DNA of 64,000 bases from Gnetum montanum (taxonomy: Eukaryota > Plantae > Gnetophyta): contig MNCI01002045.1 of the NCBI GenBank assembly GCA_015680685.1, positions 161,072 through 225,071 on the forward strand, in the 5' to 3' direction. The notes beneath the pieces were generated by a model, which did not search any database, had not been told where the DNA came from, and was given only the letters and a program-made list of their open reading frames with translations. Within the stretch, counting starts at the first letter, position 1. Every line of letters starts with the position of its first letter. Of this stretch, positions 14,039 to 27,500 are shown piece by piece. The position numbers were made by a program, and so were the translations under genes.

Positions 14039-14572
14039 CTAGGCATATTTTTTATCGATGTTGTGAATCTTTCTTTTATAACATTCTTCCTCCTCATGTT
14101 CTTGGGCTAAGTGTTTCTAAGTAGCATTGACCTTGTCTTTAATTTATAACACCACATAGGTTAAATATTCTACATAATGTTCCTGTAGAGGATGAATATT
14201 TGAGCCATTTATATGCCTTGTCTTAGCACTTGACCATTGAAGAACACTCTAAATCATTTATCTCAGGATTTTGAGTTGTTCATGTATGATTTCCATCTTT
14301 ACATGATGAATCTTTGAATATTTCTTCTCTACAAATTGAAGATGCATTCACTTATTTGCCCAACTTCTTATGCTTGTCCCATCTTGGTATTCATTATTAT
14401 CCCTCTTCTTATGATTCTTTGAGACACTCTAAAATAACACTTCTCTTTGTAACTTTCTTTTATTAATATATCAACCACCATTCTATTCCCTTTTAGTCAT
14501 TTATCAATTATTCATTAATTATCAACTTTTTTTCATCAAAACATATTCACTTCTTTATCAATCCAACCTCAC

Positions 14573-14678
14573 GTTGATACCATGTTAGATGTAGGTATAT
14601 GTTACACTTTAGGAAACTCTAGTTACGAAGACTAATGTTATAAAAAATATACATAATCTTCATATCACCAACTTAACA
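14573..14678 (-). mobile_element. Short LTR-like unit plus tRNA-Met PBS within a highly degraded Copia-like region (about 14050-15500)
   Basis: TGTTA...TAACA 96-bp unit (14583-14678) followed on the minus strand by TGGTATCAAC. Flanking translations are only faintly Copia-like. Confidence 0.35.
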
Positions 14679-16399
14679 TATTTCTCACATTCTTACTCCT
14701 TTACAAATCTTATTCATAAGATTTCTTAATTGACATTACTTTGTATAATCATCACTCATAACCTTTATTTTTACAAATTTCATTCTCCAACTTATTATTC
14801 ATTACTTAAGATTAAGTTACAAATACTTATGATAAACTTATTATTACAATCTAACTCCTCGTGGTTTATTAAGTCTTCTCCTACTTAACTTCATTATGTC
14901 AAATGTATTTCATTAAGTCACGTCTAACTTAATTTTACAAACTTTTTCATACTTCGCTGAACCACTTTTATCTTAGGTTCATCTCCTTACGAATGGCTTC
15001 TTTGTAAGTCTTGTTTTCTTTATTTCATCATAACCTTCCAAATGGCCTTCTCTTCTTCTTTAAGAAACTAAACCAAGCTATGTATGGCACAACTTGGATT
15101 TTCAATTCTTGTTTAAGAATCTAGATGTTGTATTACAGTGATCGTACTTGTCTCCTACAATACTTACTCATCAGTTCTTTAAATAGGACTAATTACTTCT
15201 TTCGCTATCTCAGTATTCATAATTGGTAAGATACAAAGACATACAATAATATGAATCGTTTTACAACCTTTCTTGAATAGAGTCTACTTATTGCTCTAGA
15301 CTCCATTTCCTTTACATACTTATACCCTTCTTTGATATTCTTCTTATTCTATACTTTTTCTTCACTTCTTTTCTCATGGATCTTAGCTTGACCTTTATTT
15401 CCGTAATGAGTTATGACTATTCTCAAGATTTCTCACATCTTTATGAAATAAAGTTCCTACAAATCACTTAACCTGGTCTATCATTACTTACGAAACTTAT
15501 GATTGGATTTAAATGTTATTATAGAATCAACAAAGTTGAAGGCTAACAAGTTGTCATGGAAGGCAATAATCTAGGCTGAGATGTTTTCCTATTTGTATAA
15601 AACCCAATCTTAAACTTAGTAGCAAAGAGACCTAGCAAGCTATGTTGGAATTTGTGTTTTGCATGTACACAAACATGGTCTTTGACTTTTATCTCAAGGG
15701 TGTTACCCTTGATTTCTATTGTAAAATCAGCTACACCCATGAATTTTGATGCATGGAGAGGAGGAATCCCCCTCCCTAAACAAAGAAAAGAATGTTGAAA
15801 AAACCAAGCTTTTATAGGGAAGTTCTTACCCAAGATACAAAGGAAGCACACTGCTTGACAAAAATAATACCCCTTGCCCATCAACCAAACTCTACATCAC
15901 CTATCTTACTATGTTGCTGCTTTCTTGCCCTACTGCTGCTACTTTCCTACACCACCTATCTTACTATGTTGCTGCTTTCTTGCCCTAATGCTACTCCTTT
16001 CCATGTGGTAATTAAACTAGTCACTAGCACCTCCTCAAACTACTGTTTCCCTTAGCTATCTATTATTTTCATGAATCTCAAATAACTTTGCATTCAAATA
16101 TTAAAAAGTAATTTTTGAATGCGTATGTGAATACTAATTTGTAAGTAAGAATGAGATCATATCACATGCAAGTTGAAACTAGAAAATGGAATAATATGCA
16201 ACATGAGAAAAGAATATATTGATTATGCCTATAAGTGGTAGGAAATGAGCAACCTGTGGTACATAAATGTTGTATAATGGAATTTTCAAAAGCATATAGG
16301 AAATTTCAAAGTAAAAAATTATAGAAGTTATTTTCAAAAGCATATAGGAAAATATTTACAACATTAACATTCACCTTAAGATATATAGTTCAGTTAGAA

Positions 16400-16479
16400 C
16401 TTTATAACATTGTCCACTAGAGTCAAACCCATGATTTGGACATAACGATTAAGAGTCTTACTACTAGATTAACACATCA
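16400..16479 (-). mobile_element. tRNA-derived SINE-like repeat, family A
   Basis: A-box-like GTGTTAATCTAGTAGTAAGACTC and B-box-like GGGTTTGACTC. Matches the copies at 37819, 39263 and 46271. Confidence 0.6.
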
Positions 16480-17157
16480 TTGTCATTACATCTACCTTCT
16501 TGTGTGGGTCGAGATTGTGTAACCAACCCCAAGTTTCCTCATCTTAAATAAAAGCAAAGTTCTATTTTCTTCCAAAATTTGTAATCAAACATTTGTCCCA
16601 AACTACACAACCATGGCATACTACAAGTTGCACATAGCACCAACTATAGTTTCGGTGGCTCACATGATTGGCACCCCTTTCAAAGCCCAACACTATGTAT
16701 GCCAACGTCAAGGAATGTTTCAGGAAATTACTATTCAGACCAGGCACTTGAGTTCTGATCCAAAGTGAAAAAAAAAAAAACACACACAAGCACAAACAAG
16801 GAATGTTCAAGACAATTATTATTCAGACCATGCACTTGAGTTCTAATCCAAAGCATGAAAAAAAAACACAAGCACAATTTAAAAGAGATCAATTTCTCAT
16901 TCACTCTACACCAACTTAAGAAAACTGTACAATTATTTAAAATTAAAAAAAAAAACACACAATTTAGAACAAATTGATTTCCCACTCACTCTAATTATTT
17001 AAAAATAGATCAATTTCTCATTCATCGTATACCAGCCCAAAGGCTAAAATAGATTAAATTTCCCATTCGGCTGGAAAAGGAAATTGCATAATTATTTAAA
17101 ATAGATATATTCTCAATTCACTGAATGCCCATCCAAAGGCATGTTTCAGGCAATTAC

Positions 17158-17313
17158 TGTTCAGACCACACACTTAGTTCCAATCCAAAAAATCAATTAC
17201 ACTATTTTTTTAAATAGATATATTTCCCTTTCACATGTTCAGACCACACACTTAGTTCCAATCCAAAAAATCAATTACACAATTATTTTAAATAGATATA
17301 TTTCCCTTTCACA
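17158..17313. repeat. 78-bp tandem duplication
   Basis: TGTTCAGACCACACACTTAG...TTTCCCTTTCACA occurs twice. Related units at about 16710-16880. Confidence 0.9.
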
Positions 17314-17663
17314 TATTTTAATTTATAGTATATATTGTGATTCATTAAAGCTTCCGACCAATTACAACTTAGTTTACAAACTTCGGAAAGAACTTAACCC
17401 TCAAATATTCAATCTATAGTTCTTTTGCTTTGTTTTATAGATTCATGCATTTACCATGCATCAATTTTTGGCATCCTCAAGATTATTTGGGTCTACAAAA
17501 ACAAGGTAAACTATTACACTTTGTTTCAGCCTTAATGTAAATTTTCTTTAAATTTAAAAAATTTCAATAAAATTATATATAAGTAAATCTTACCAGCCAT
17601 TCGTTGAAATCCTACTAACGTTTGCCTCAATTAGCTAAAAGTTTTCCTCATCATATTTATGTT

Positions 17664-17745
17664 GCAAGCTTTAAACACTATTTCATACCATCCATTTTGA
17701 ACCCGCAAGCTTTAAACACTATTTCATACCATCCATTTTGAACCC
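17664..17745. repeat. Perfect 41-bp tandem duplication
   Basis: GCAAGCTTTAAACACTATTTCATACCATCCATTTTGAACCC x2. Confidence 0.95.
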
Positions 17746-18431
17746 GCTTTTACCTGATTTGTTGGGTTAACAAGGGTGGCAGGGTACAGAGGAATCAAAT
17801 ACTCATCGTTAGTTTCAAATTTGCGTTGCGAATCGCATTTCAATAGGAAAGAAATCTACCAAGGTAAAACAATGTTCCCTTCTCTAATTAAACTTTGCAT
17901 TCAAAGCTGATACATTCCACTGGCACCTCATATTGGCTAAAAACGGGATTAAATACTCCTTGCAAAACTGCACCCACCACCAATTAGAAACTGGTAATGT
18001 ACCAAGAATCTTCAAAGATGAAGCTTACAACAATCTATATACCCTATTCTTTGAGTACACCAAAACGTTCATTTTCAAATACCTCTTAGAAGTTGACGCA
18101 GACACACACATTCTCTTGACAAATAAAAATTACTTGCAAGAATGAACTCCCTAGTTTAACTTGCTTTTGATGTCATTCTCAATTTATCACATTTGTAATT
18201 ATGTCACAGTAAATGTCTTTTATGCACTTTTCTTTGGGCCGGTCAATCAAAAAGCTCACTCTAGATATTCAAGCCAAAAATAATGATTTTCAGATTTTGC
18301 TGTGTGCCAAGCATGCATATTCTGATGGAAGTTCTGTCAGAAGAGAGAACATCAAGTTTGATATGCTTGTCTTTCCGAAAGACCCAAAAATTAGGACGAA
18401 CCGAATCCTCATGCAACTCAGGAACATTCAA

Positions 18432-18503
18432 TTACAATCGTGTTTTTGTTATCAGATACAACAGATAAGCAATCACAAATCCTAAGGCAGCTCCAGCAGC
18501 AAC
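18432..18503 (-). CDS. DUF212 gene exon 5 ([23 protein letters not shown])
   Basis: Acceptor TTGCAG|. The VxxGxxLG hydrophobic helix expected after GHTPxQ is present; TAA stop. Confidence 0.92.
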   Translation of the reverse strand, partial: VAAGAALGFVIAYLLYLITKTRL

Positions 18504-21500
18504 CTGCAACAAATAAATATGCTAGTTAGAGAGCATGCAGTGTTCCAACGTACATACTGTTTCAGCAAAACTGATTTATCTTTTGTAAAAGCACGCTTAT
18601 TTAGAACAGTTTATCCTAATGCATAGCATTTTCATATATCTTTAAGCACAGACTAGAGGCCAATTCCAACTTTTATGAGAAAGGGAATGAATACTGTCTC
18701 TTCAATGCCTTTGTGAATGTATTCGAGCTGTATAATGGTCGTGCTACTTTCACTACTGAACCATATGTATAGCTCTGCATCATGACGGTTTAGGAGCCTA
18801 ATGTGATGGAATGGGATTATCAATTTTCTCAACAACTGTTAACCATTCATCTAGCTATTTTGAGGATGGCAAGCATATAAACCTTTTAATGCATCCAACA
18901 GCTCACACAAGAATTGCTGGGGCACAATACACTAGAAAAAATTACTTGGACAATCAGTATTATCATCATCCTCACAAAATAGTATGAAACTTTGGTTATT
19001 ACACCTTTTGCTTCCAAGGTTTCATTTACAGTTTCTAATCTTCTCAAGTTTTTTCTCAATCTCCTATTAAATATCACCTGCCGGTTGTTCCTTTACAACA
19101 GCCATTTTACTTGATTCATCTCATAAAAGTCAGTGGTACTGAAGCAAATTGCTCCATATCAACGTGAAGCTGATGCATACCTTGCTAGCTTGTTTATTTC
19201 ATGGGATCTACACGACTAGACTTCTTGTACAATTAGTTTACTGCCATTCTAACAGATGATTCATTTCTCCTTTGCTGCAATTGACTCTCTCGTATCGCTA
19301 TTGACCGCTTTCCATTTGCGGTTCACTGGATCTTCGCGGGACTGCTTCTTAAACTCGTTACTGTTCTGTTGTCTAACTTCCGCATGTCATTTCATGATTT
19401 ACCTTGCATACTAGGTTTTCACATTTTTATTACACACTAATTTAGGTCATTTAGGCCATTGGCTTTATCCTGTATTAGTTTCCTCTTTACCGAGGATGAA
19501 ACAAAGTTGACAATGTCATATAAACAATGAGGTAGCATTGAGTTATAAACTTCTATAAATCTTGGTATGAACACAACACCTTAAAGGACTAACACCTTGC
19601 TAGCAAATGTGGTTTGGGCAGGATATGCTGTTGAGGTAGAACCCAAATCTTAAACAACTGCCTGGACCATGAACAACCAAGGACATGCAACCAGTGTTAC
19701 AAGACGAGATAGAATTGACAATTGTCATGTTAGGAAATTTGGGAGTAGCACTAATAATTGATAAAATGAAAGAAAACCTTGCTACTTCCAATATACGTCG
19801 ACTCTGCACTTTACGATTCTACTTCCAATATCCAACAAAAGTTATCCCTTTAGAATCTTTCTGAATGGGTATAGCTACCATAGAAAACTTGTCTTCAGTA
19901 ACAAGATGCTGTATAGCATTCCTCCTGCTCTCTTCTTCCTGCACATAAGAGTATGTCCGCCTTGATGAAGGCAACAGATCTTTGCCAAGAGCTTGTACCC
20001 TTATCTGATCATACTCAATGTTGAGTCCAACTAAGAAATCATACATCTGTTCCTTGTCTACTGAATTCTGGAATTTGGTAGCATTAGTAGAACAATCAGC
20101 CTAGTCATGGTAGAAATCCAACTCCTACCACAAACTACTAAGTTCAGCTAAGTACTAGGCCACAAACATATTGCCATGTTTCATCTCATGAACTTTCTTC
20201 CATAGCTCATAGACTTGAGCATCATTGCCCAATTATGAAAAAGTTCAAGCAAGAGCATTCCAAACTTTCCAGCCAGAGTCCAGATGTAAATAACCACTAG
20301 CAATATGCGGTTGCATGAAATTGATAAGCCAAGACATGACCAAAGAATTTTCTCAATCCCACTCGTCGAGAAACAAATCCATCGTTGCTTATCTTTATTT
20401 TTGCCCTATGATTACTCATATACCCCACGGGCCTTTATAAATAACAAGCAAGATCAAGACCAGACAAGATAATTATTTCTATCTAAATTGACAGGACCAA
20501 TATGGAGGGAGGGGTTATCATTGAGACCTCCACCAAATTCCCAAAAAAAAAACATAAATAGCAAAAAAAATCTTAACAATCAAACAATAAATCCAATCGT
20601 TCTAGAAACTGGAAGTCCATCGCAGCTAGAAGCCAACATGAAGCTAGAAAAAGAATAGAATAAAGCTCCATCAGATTACTCAAATGGCTTGCACCCTCCT
20701 TTGTGTTCAGATCACTGGAAAGACCTTCCAGATAATAGGCTTTGGATGCTGGAGAGTGACACCCCTATGTCACCCAAAAGCCATGGCTATTGGGGAGAAG
20801 GTTCACTGCTGAACACACACCTGTGCTACTACATGGACACTCACTGAACTACACCTACTGTGTAAAACAGACGCCTACACTCATAAATCTATAATCTGCT
20901 CTGATACCAAGTTGAAATCAGTGAGTGAAGAAAATAGAAAGAAATAAGAGAATACAAGAAAGGTAGTAGGCTGAATGGATTTTTCTTTCCACCTACACCT
21001 GTATTTCTATTATATAAAGAATACACTTTTACATAGATGCTCACTCAATTGCAGCGGTCATTCAGCTGTCAACGATAAATGTCAGCCTACTTAATAACAA
21101 CTGTAGGACAGTTGTCATTAATTACAGCTGTCAATAGATACCTACGCATACTTTTACTATTTATTTTCATATAAGCTTCTACTTGTAGCACAGAATAATG
21201 ATGATGATGATACATTTTTGCACAAAATCAACAGTTGTGGGTAATGAATTCTGATTCCTGATTGAAAACTAAGACAACAAAGAATAGCTGAATGTGCTCC
21301 AAATCTAAATTTCCTCATTAGAAAAATAATTTTTTAAACTTGTACCATACATTGCTTGTTTTCCTAATGGTTTTGCAAGACCTTTTAAATCTTGATTCAT
21401 GATCAGTAACAACTGATTTCAGGTTAGAAAAAGGAAATAGTGCTCGAGTTAACAGCTAGATTTACCTGTTCATTTAAACAAAAATGAAAGACATTTTATG

Positions 21501-24500
21501 GCAACAAAATTTAACATAACATGCATCAGAATCTATGTTTATAGAACAAGCTGTTTAATATCTAATATATATCTGGACATTTATGATGTAGCAAAAATGA
21601 GTAGTAAACTTTTGTTGAAAATTAAACACATCCATGACTGAAAAGTCAAATGCCAACACTTGAACTGATTCCCACACGTTAAATGGTGAGCCAAGCCTAG
21701 AAATCTTATTCCAATTAACATGCCTATGCATGTAGCATAATAAAAACAATGCTAGTAATGTCATTTCTTCCCTTGGGAGATACTACCACAAATATGTAGT
21801 TATTAAGGGATTTCTTATGTGAAGAATTGAGCAGTAGAACTCAAATAGATAAGCCACATAGGGATTTCATATCAGTAAGGAATGATAAGCTGCATAGGGA
21901 TTTCAGATCAGTAAGATGTGATTTGTTGGTTCAGACATACAAGTCACAAGGTTAATTTGAACTCAGTTCAGTTTAATTATTTCAACTCCAATAAGAATCA
22001 ACTACATGACCTACAAGTTGCAAAGCAAATATGCTAAGAAAATGAGTGAATTCCATGAGATTAAAAGGTAGGCAAATGGAGATGTTAAGTATCATCTACA
22101 ACTTGTATTGATCCCTCAATGTTCATGTCATGGTGTTTGTGTCTTATGTTATGTGTACGTCTTGGGTCGTGTTTGCGTTTCATGTTTGTCAAGTCAATTA
22201 GGAATTAGAAGTTAACGTTCATAAACAGTTTTATGTTTTAAAGTTTAGCCTAGCACACGGACAAAAGTGAGAAAGGGGTTTAAAATCTCGTTATGTATTG
22301 TGTCCCCTTCACAAAAGCTATAAAAGGAGCCCTGGGCTCTCCATTCAAACTTGATGTGTAGCTGCTGATTTCATGTATTGTGCTCTCATTTCATATTAAT
22401 TGAAGAGGAGGAGAAGAAGTCCTTTGTGCTGAAATCTCTTAAGCTTTAAGCCCTTTTTCTTTTCTTTGTTATTTCACAAATCAGTTCATAGCATAGATAA
22501 TGCTTTAGCTCAGAATTTCACGGGTATTTCACAATCTTATTTCACATTTCACAGTTATTTTACAATGTATTTCTCATTTCAAAAGCTCACAAGCACTTCA
22601 CCTGATTTCTCAATTCTATGTTCAGGTTGGTTTAGATCATTGAATGTGGAGATGCCTGATGTTTGAATTGCATGTTTGAGATTAGATCTGAGCTATTTTC
22701 ATTGTCATTTCACAAAAATCCAACTCAATCCTTCCTTATCTTGCAAGGGTTTTAAGAGATTCCTGTAGGGCTTCTTAGAAACCTTGTTTGATTTCAGAAT
22801 TGAATCTAAATCTGTAGGCATGATACAATGTGAAAGAAGAAGTTGATGTTCAAAAGCATATATCTTTACTTCTGGGCATTCTTCTTCCAGATCTAATACC
22901 TCCTAGTGAGAGTCTAAAGAAGCTTTCAACAATTTTACATGTTTCATGAACACACGGGAATGAACCCTAAGGTTGATGCCAAAACTTGATCAAATTGTTT
23001 TGCATGGATGTTTTGATTGATGATCTAAGTCACCATTGATGTTATCTCATGTTTGTGTGAAGGATAACGTGAAATCCATAAAATTCAAATTCGAAGTCTA
23101 ATGTTCTTTGTTTTTTGCAACTTTGTAATCACCACGACTTGACCACAGCCTCCTATGTCATTCACAGTCCACTTGTGGCTGCTCTCAGAAATACTCTAAT
23201 TAAACCATAATTCACCATATTTTCCTCTATTGTTGACCACAATTCATGTTCCCATGGGGATTTTGAAATCTATCGTGACTAGCTCACAATCCAATCACAT
23301 CCATCCCCACAACCCACGGCCAGCTCACAGTCCAATCACATCCATCATCATCACCCACAGCCAGCACATAGTTAGCCCACAACATCTAATTTTCACAGCT
23401 CAAAGCCTACTACAACCCACAATCAACTCGCAGCCTCAATTATGACATCACTGCGACTTGCAATCTACTCACATTCTAAAGGAAATTTGAATACTGCAAC
23501 ACACTCAAATCACATTTGGCTGGCAGTCATCTAAAAGTGCCCAAAATGTTTCTGCTGCTCATTGTCTAAACTTCCCAAGCCTGCTACAGCACTTGTAGCA
23601 GCCCACAACATCTAATTTTCACAGTTCAAGGCCTATTGTGACCCACAATCTACTTGCAGCATCAATTGTGACATCACTGCAACTCGCAGTTTGTTCTTAA
23701 AAAAAATTGAATACTGCAACACACTCAAATCACATTTGGCTAACAGTCATCTAAAAGTGCTCAAAATCTTTCTGCTACTCATTGTCTGAGCTCCCCAAGC
23801 CTGCCCTGTTGCTGCAGCATGCTCTGATAGTAGCAACTAGTTTAGCTATATATTTATAATATGTATCTATAATTTAGCCGAGAGCATCTTTTTCTTTTAG
23901 GAAAGATCAAATTGATCAATTCTAAAAAAAATGGAATATTATAAAGAATGAAATTTTAGGGACCATCATTTCAAGTGATGGTAACGTGCTTGTTTCTCAA
24001 GTCAAAAGACATGGGTTCAACCCTAGGCACAGCTACACCAAGAGGTTTGGCTTTCACTCTTCCATAGACCATCCCAAGACCCTACTTGGCAGGATGAGCA
24101 TTTAAGCTCCAAGTGATTATCCTTGTTTAAAGGATAAAATTTTAGGGAAATATTATTTAGTGTTATAGGATTGGATCCCCTTTAAAAGTTTATGGATGGA
24201 ATATTATTTAACATTACCAGATCAGGCCCCTATAAGGTTATTGGTAAGATTGGACCCCCCCTAGAAGATTATGGACAGGATTGGACCCCTGAAAGACTAT
24301 GAACAAAATATCATTTAGTGTTAGAAGATCAAGCCCCTTAAGACATGGACAGAACATTATTTAGCACTACATGATCGGGCCCTTGTGTATGAATGGTAGT
24401 TGGCCTCTTGCCAAAATCATATTTACTCCCATGGTGATACAATGAATAGGCTGACACTAATGCCATTAATGTTATTTTTCACCTTGAAACCATTATAAGT

Positions 24501-27500
24501 ACGCACATGCTAGAAGACATGAGGGATAGAGTTACGCAGTGCATTGTAAACCTGATAACTTGATGGAGCACTTGATTGTAGATGACCTACATAAGGGTGT
24601 CGTTGTTTCACCTCCAAGAACAATCAAACATGTACTTCATCTATGACATGGATAGGTGGTAAAGGAACATCTTAGAAGCAGAATTCAGTGGTCCACCACC
24701 TTGATAACCATGATAGGGCACTAAATTAACTATGGTGGAATAGTTGCATGTATGTTAGCTAAATTGGGGCTTCACTTTATCACCTCCAATGAGAATTGAA
24801 ACCGTGGCCTGCAAGCTGCAAGGTCAACATGCTAACCAGTTGAGCAGATTCTATGAGTTAAAAGAAGATGTGGGTTAGAAATATTATTGTAATCCTATGA
24901 GCATTCACGTGGAAGGATTGAAACGACACTCAATAACAAGATTTCTTCTCAGAACCACAAATGGGTAGAAAAAATGTGCACTACAATCCTAACAGCTAGC
25001 GTAGGGGTCTATATCAGGGTAGAATTGACTGGTAATGGTGGTTCAGAACGTTAAATAGCCTTTAGAATGTTTTGCTTCATCCAAAAAATTAATCCAGATT
25101 ATTGTTCTTTCAAGAGTACTAGCATACCCTTGGAATATAAGCCAAACAACTGGGTTCCATATGAACGTCTAAGTTATTGGCCACTCAAATTTTGTAGAAG
25201 TTTCTGAACATATAGAGAATATGTCTAGGTTCAATGAACCTTGGGTTAGCTTGTAAGGAACCACATGTACATATCTAATGAATTACCAATGAAAACATAA
25301 TAAAGGGTAAGAAATGTAATAAATACCATCCTGAGTAAGAATAACAGAAAAAGATACCTGTGGAGGCGTGTGACCAAGAGGTTCTCGAAGTGGTCTAATT
25401 TCAGATAATGGATGCTCAGCTGGTAACTCAACCACTATTTGATTTAAAATCTGTGAAAAAATTACAATTTTTCAGTGGTAAGTGGTTCTACATACTAATG
25501 ACTGTACAACAATGAAACAACTGTCAAAGATCATTTCTCCAATCATGTGCATTGGAAATATTTTTGAACCACCAACATAGCACAAAACATATACAATTAA
25601 TATTCGACAAATTCATCTTATTAACATGAGTAGGAAGTGCTAAAATCATGATACAATATAATTAATCCTTAACAAAAAAAAAACATTCTCTTGGAATTAA
25701 TGGTAGTTTCTCAATATTAAATTAATTCATTGCATATGGTTGATTTTGACATCTTATACAGTCAAAGACGCAGTAAAAGTATATCTTTTAAGCAGATGGT
25801 AAGGCCCAAAGGAAGTCGAACACAAGACCAAACCACCCTTAGTTCTTAGCAGAAGAATCAGCTGCAACTACTATTAGAGGTTCCACAGCAATCAGGAATT
25901 CATAAGGCATCTTAAATGAAAGCATGATCCTCCTTGCATGATCCTCCTTCAGAATACTATTGTTGATTACTTGATTTTAACTTGAATGGACAAAACTTGG
26001 CATCGTCAGCAAGCATACCAAAACTTTCTAGGTCAAGGGTTAAGAAAACTGAAAGCATTCTATGAATCTAGCAAAAATGAATGGACAACAAGAATGTACA
26101 TTTTAGAAAAAAATTGGAGAAGACATCAAAATTACTGTGACGAAATTAAAAAAGTTTACCTCAGCATGGCGGCCAGCATGTAATCGTACACCAGATGCAT
26201 CATACATAACCTTGATAAACAACAAAATTACATCTATAAGAAAATGTATTGTGTATTGACAGAGTTTAACCAGATTGAAAGCTGAATCAAAGTGAAATTG
26301 TGAACAAAGAGAATGCTATATTTTTATAATTATTTGTATTCTGTCCATAAGTACTTTTCACTTGGTGCACTCGAGAAAAACAATAGAAATGCATCATTAC
26401 AAGTACACAGTGCCCTCCTAACTGTTGGTTGACTGCAACCAATGTAATTCTTTTTTTCTTTACAAACTATCATGAAGTTAGAAAAAAATGTATCCTACCA
26501 ATAGCTATTACTTCATGTCATACCAGCTGAGTCTTCCTGCAAGCAAGTCTGTTTGTTCTTCAGTATTATGTTAGAATGACATTCCTCAACCTCTCTGTTT
26601 ATGTCAAATTTCAAATATTTATCCTGTCAAGATTTTCTTGTCAGAAATTCTAAGTTATTATCAACTTCAATGTGCAATGCTAAAGTTATTTATTAGTCTA
26701 TATATCATGACCATGGTTAGTATTTAATAAGTTAATGACAGTTTATTAGTAAAAGGATCATCACCCGAAGCTAACATGCTCACCCCACCGAGCAGGATTC
26801 CAAGAGGAAATGAACACCTTACCATCCCTCCAAATGATAGTCCCTAATGATACTTTATTAGTAATTAACTAAAAAATTATGACTCCTGACTTAAAGAGTC
26901 ATGACCTTTCCTATGGAAGTATCGTTGATAAAAAAACTTAGCACAGTGGAGTAAATAGATCAGAAAAGCAAGAATGTGCAAGAGATGACACAGAGATAAC
27001 ACACCCAAAAAATTCCTAAAACTAATGAATGAGGTGCAAAACCAAAACCAAAATCAAAACAACATCCAATGCAAAATAGCAAATAAGACACACAAGATTT
27101 ACAAAATAAAACCTTGAGCATGCTTGGTTGGATGATTCTGTAGATGCTGAATCCACATATTCCACGTTTTTAACTAAAAAATGGTTTGGTTTTGTATGGA
27201 AATCTCTTCCGATTCTTGTGTGTACCAGAAGATTCACTCAATTTTATTGCTTTTTAGATTCTTTCTAGATTTAACTTCTAAAAGTGTAATTTATCTAAAT
27301 ACATGAATCTCCAAACTCAACATCTACATGGATGCAAGTTCCCAAGATTCACTGAACCAAGCACACCCTTAAGAACAAAGAGAAACCTCCATGGGAGAAG
27401 CCCAACTCATATTGTTCAATCAATCCAAATAAAATGCCTGCTTACAATAACCAACAGATCCAGCCCTTAAATATGCAAAGCCATGTTTCAAACTCTAATC

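Noticed and set aside
22104-22827. Complete solo LTR TGTAT...ATACA
   Set aside because: The flanks (CAACT versus ATGTG) give no TSD, so it is kept only as a low-confidence fragment.
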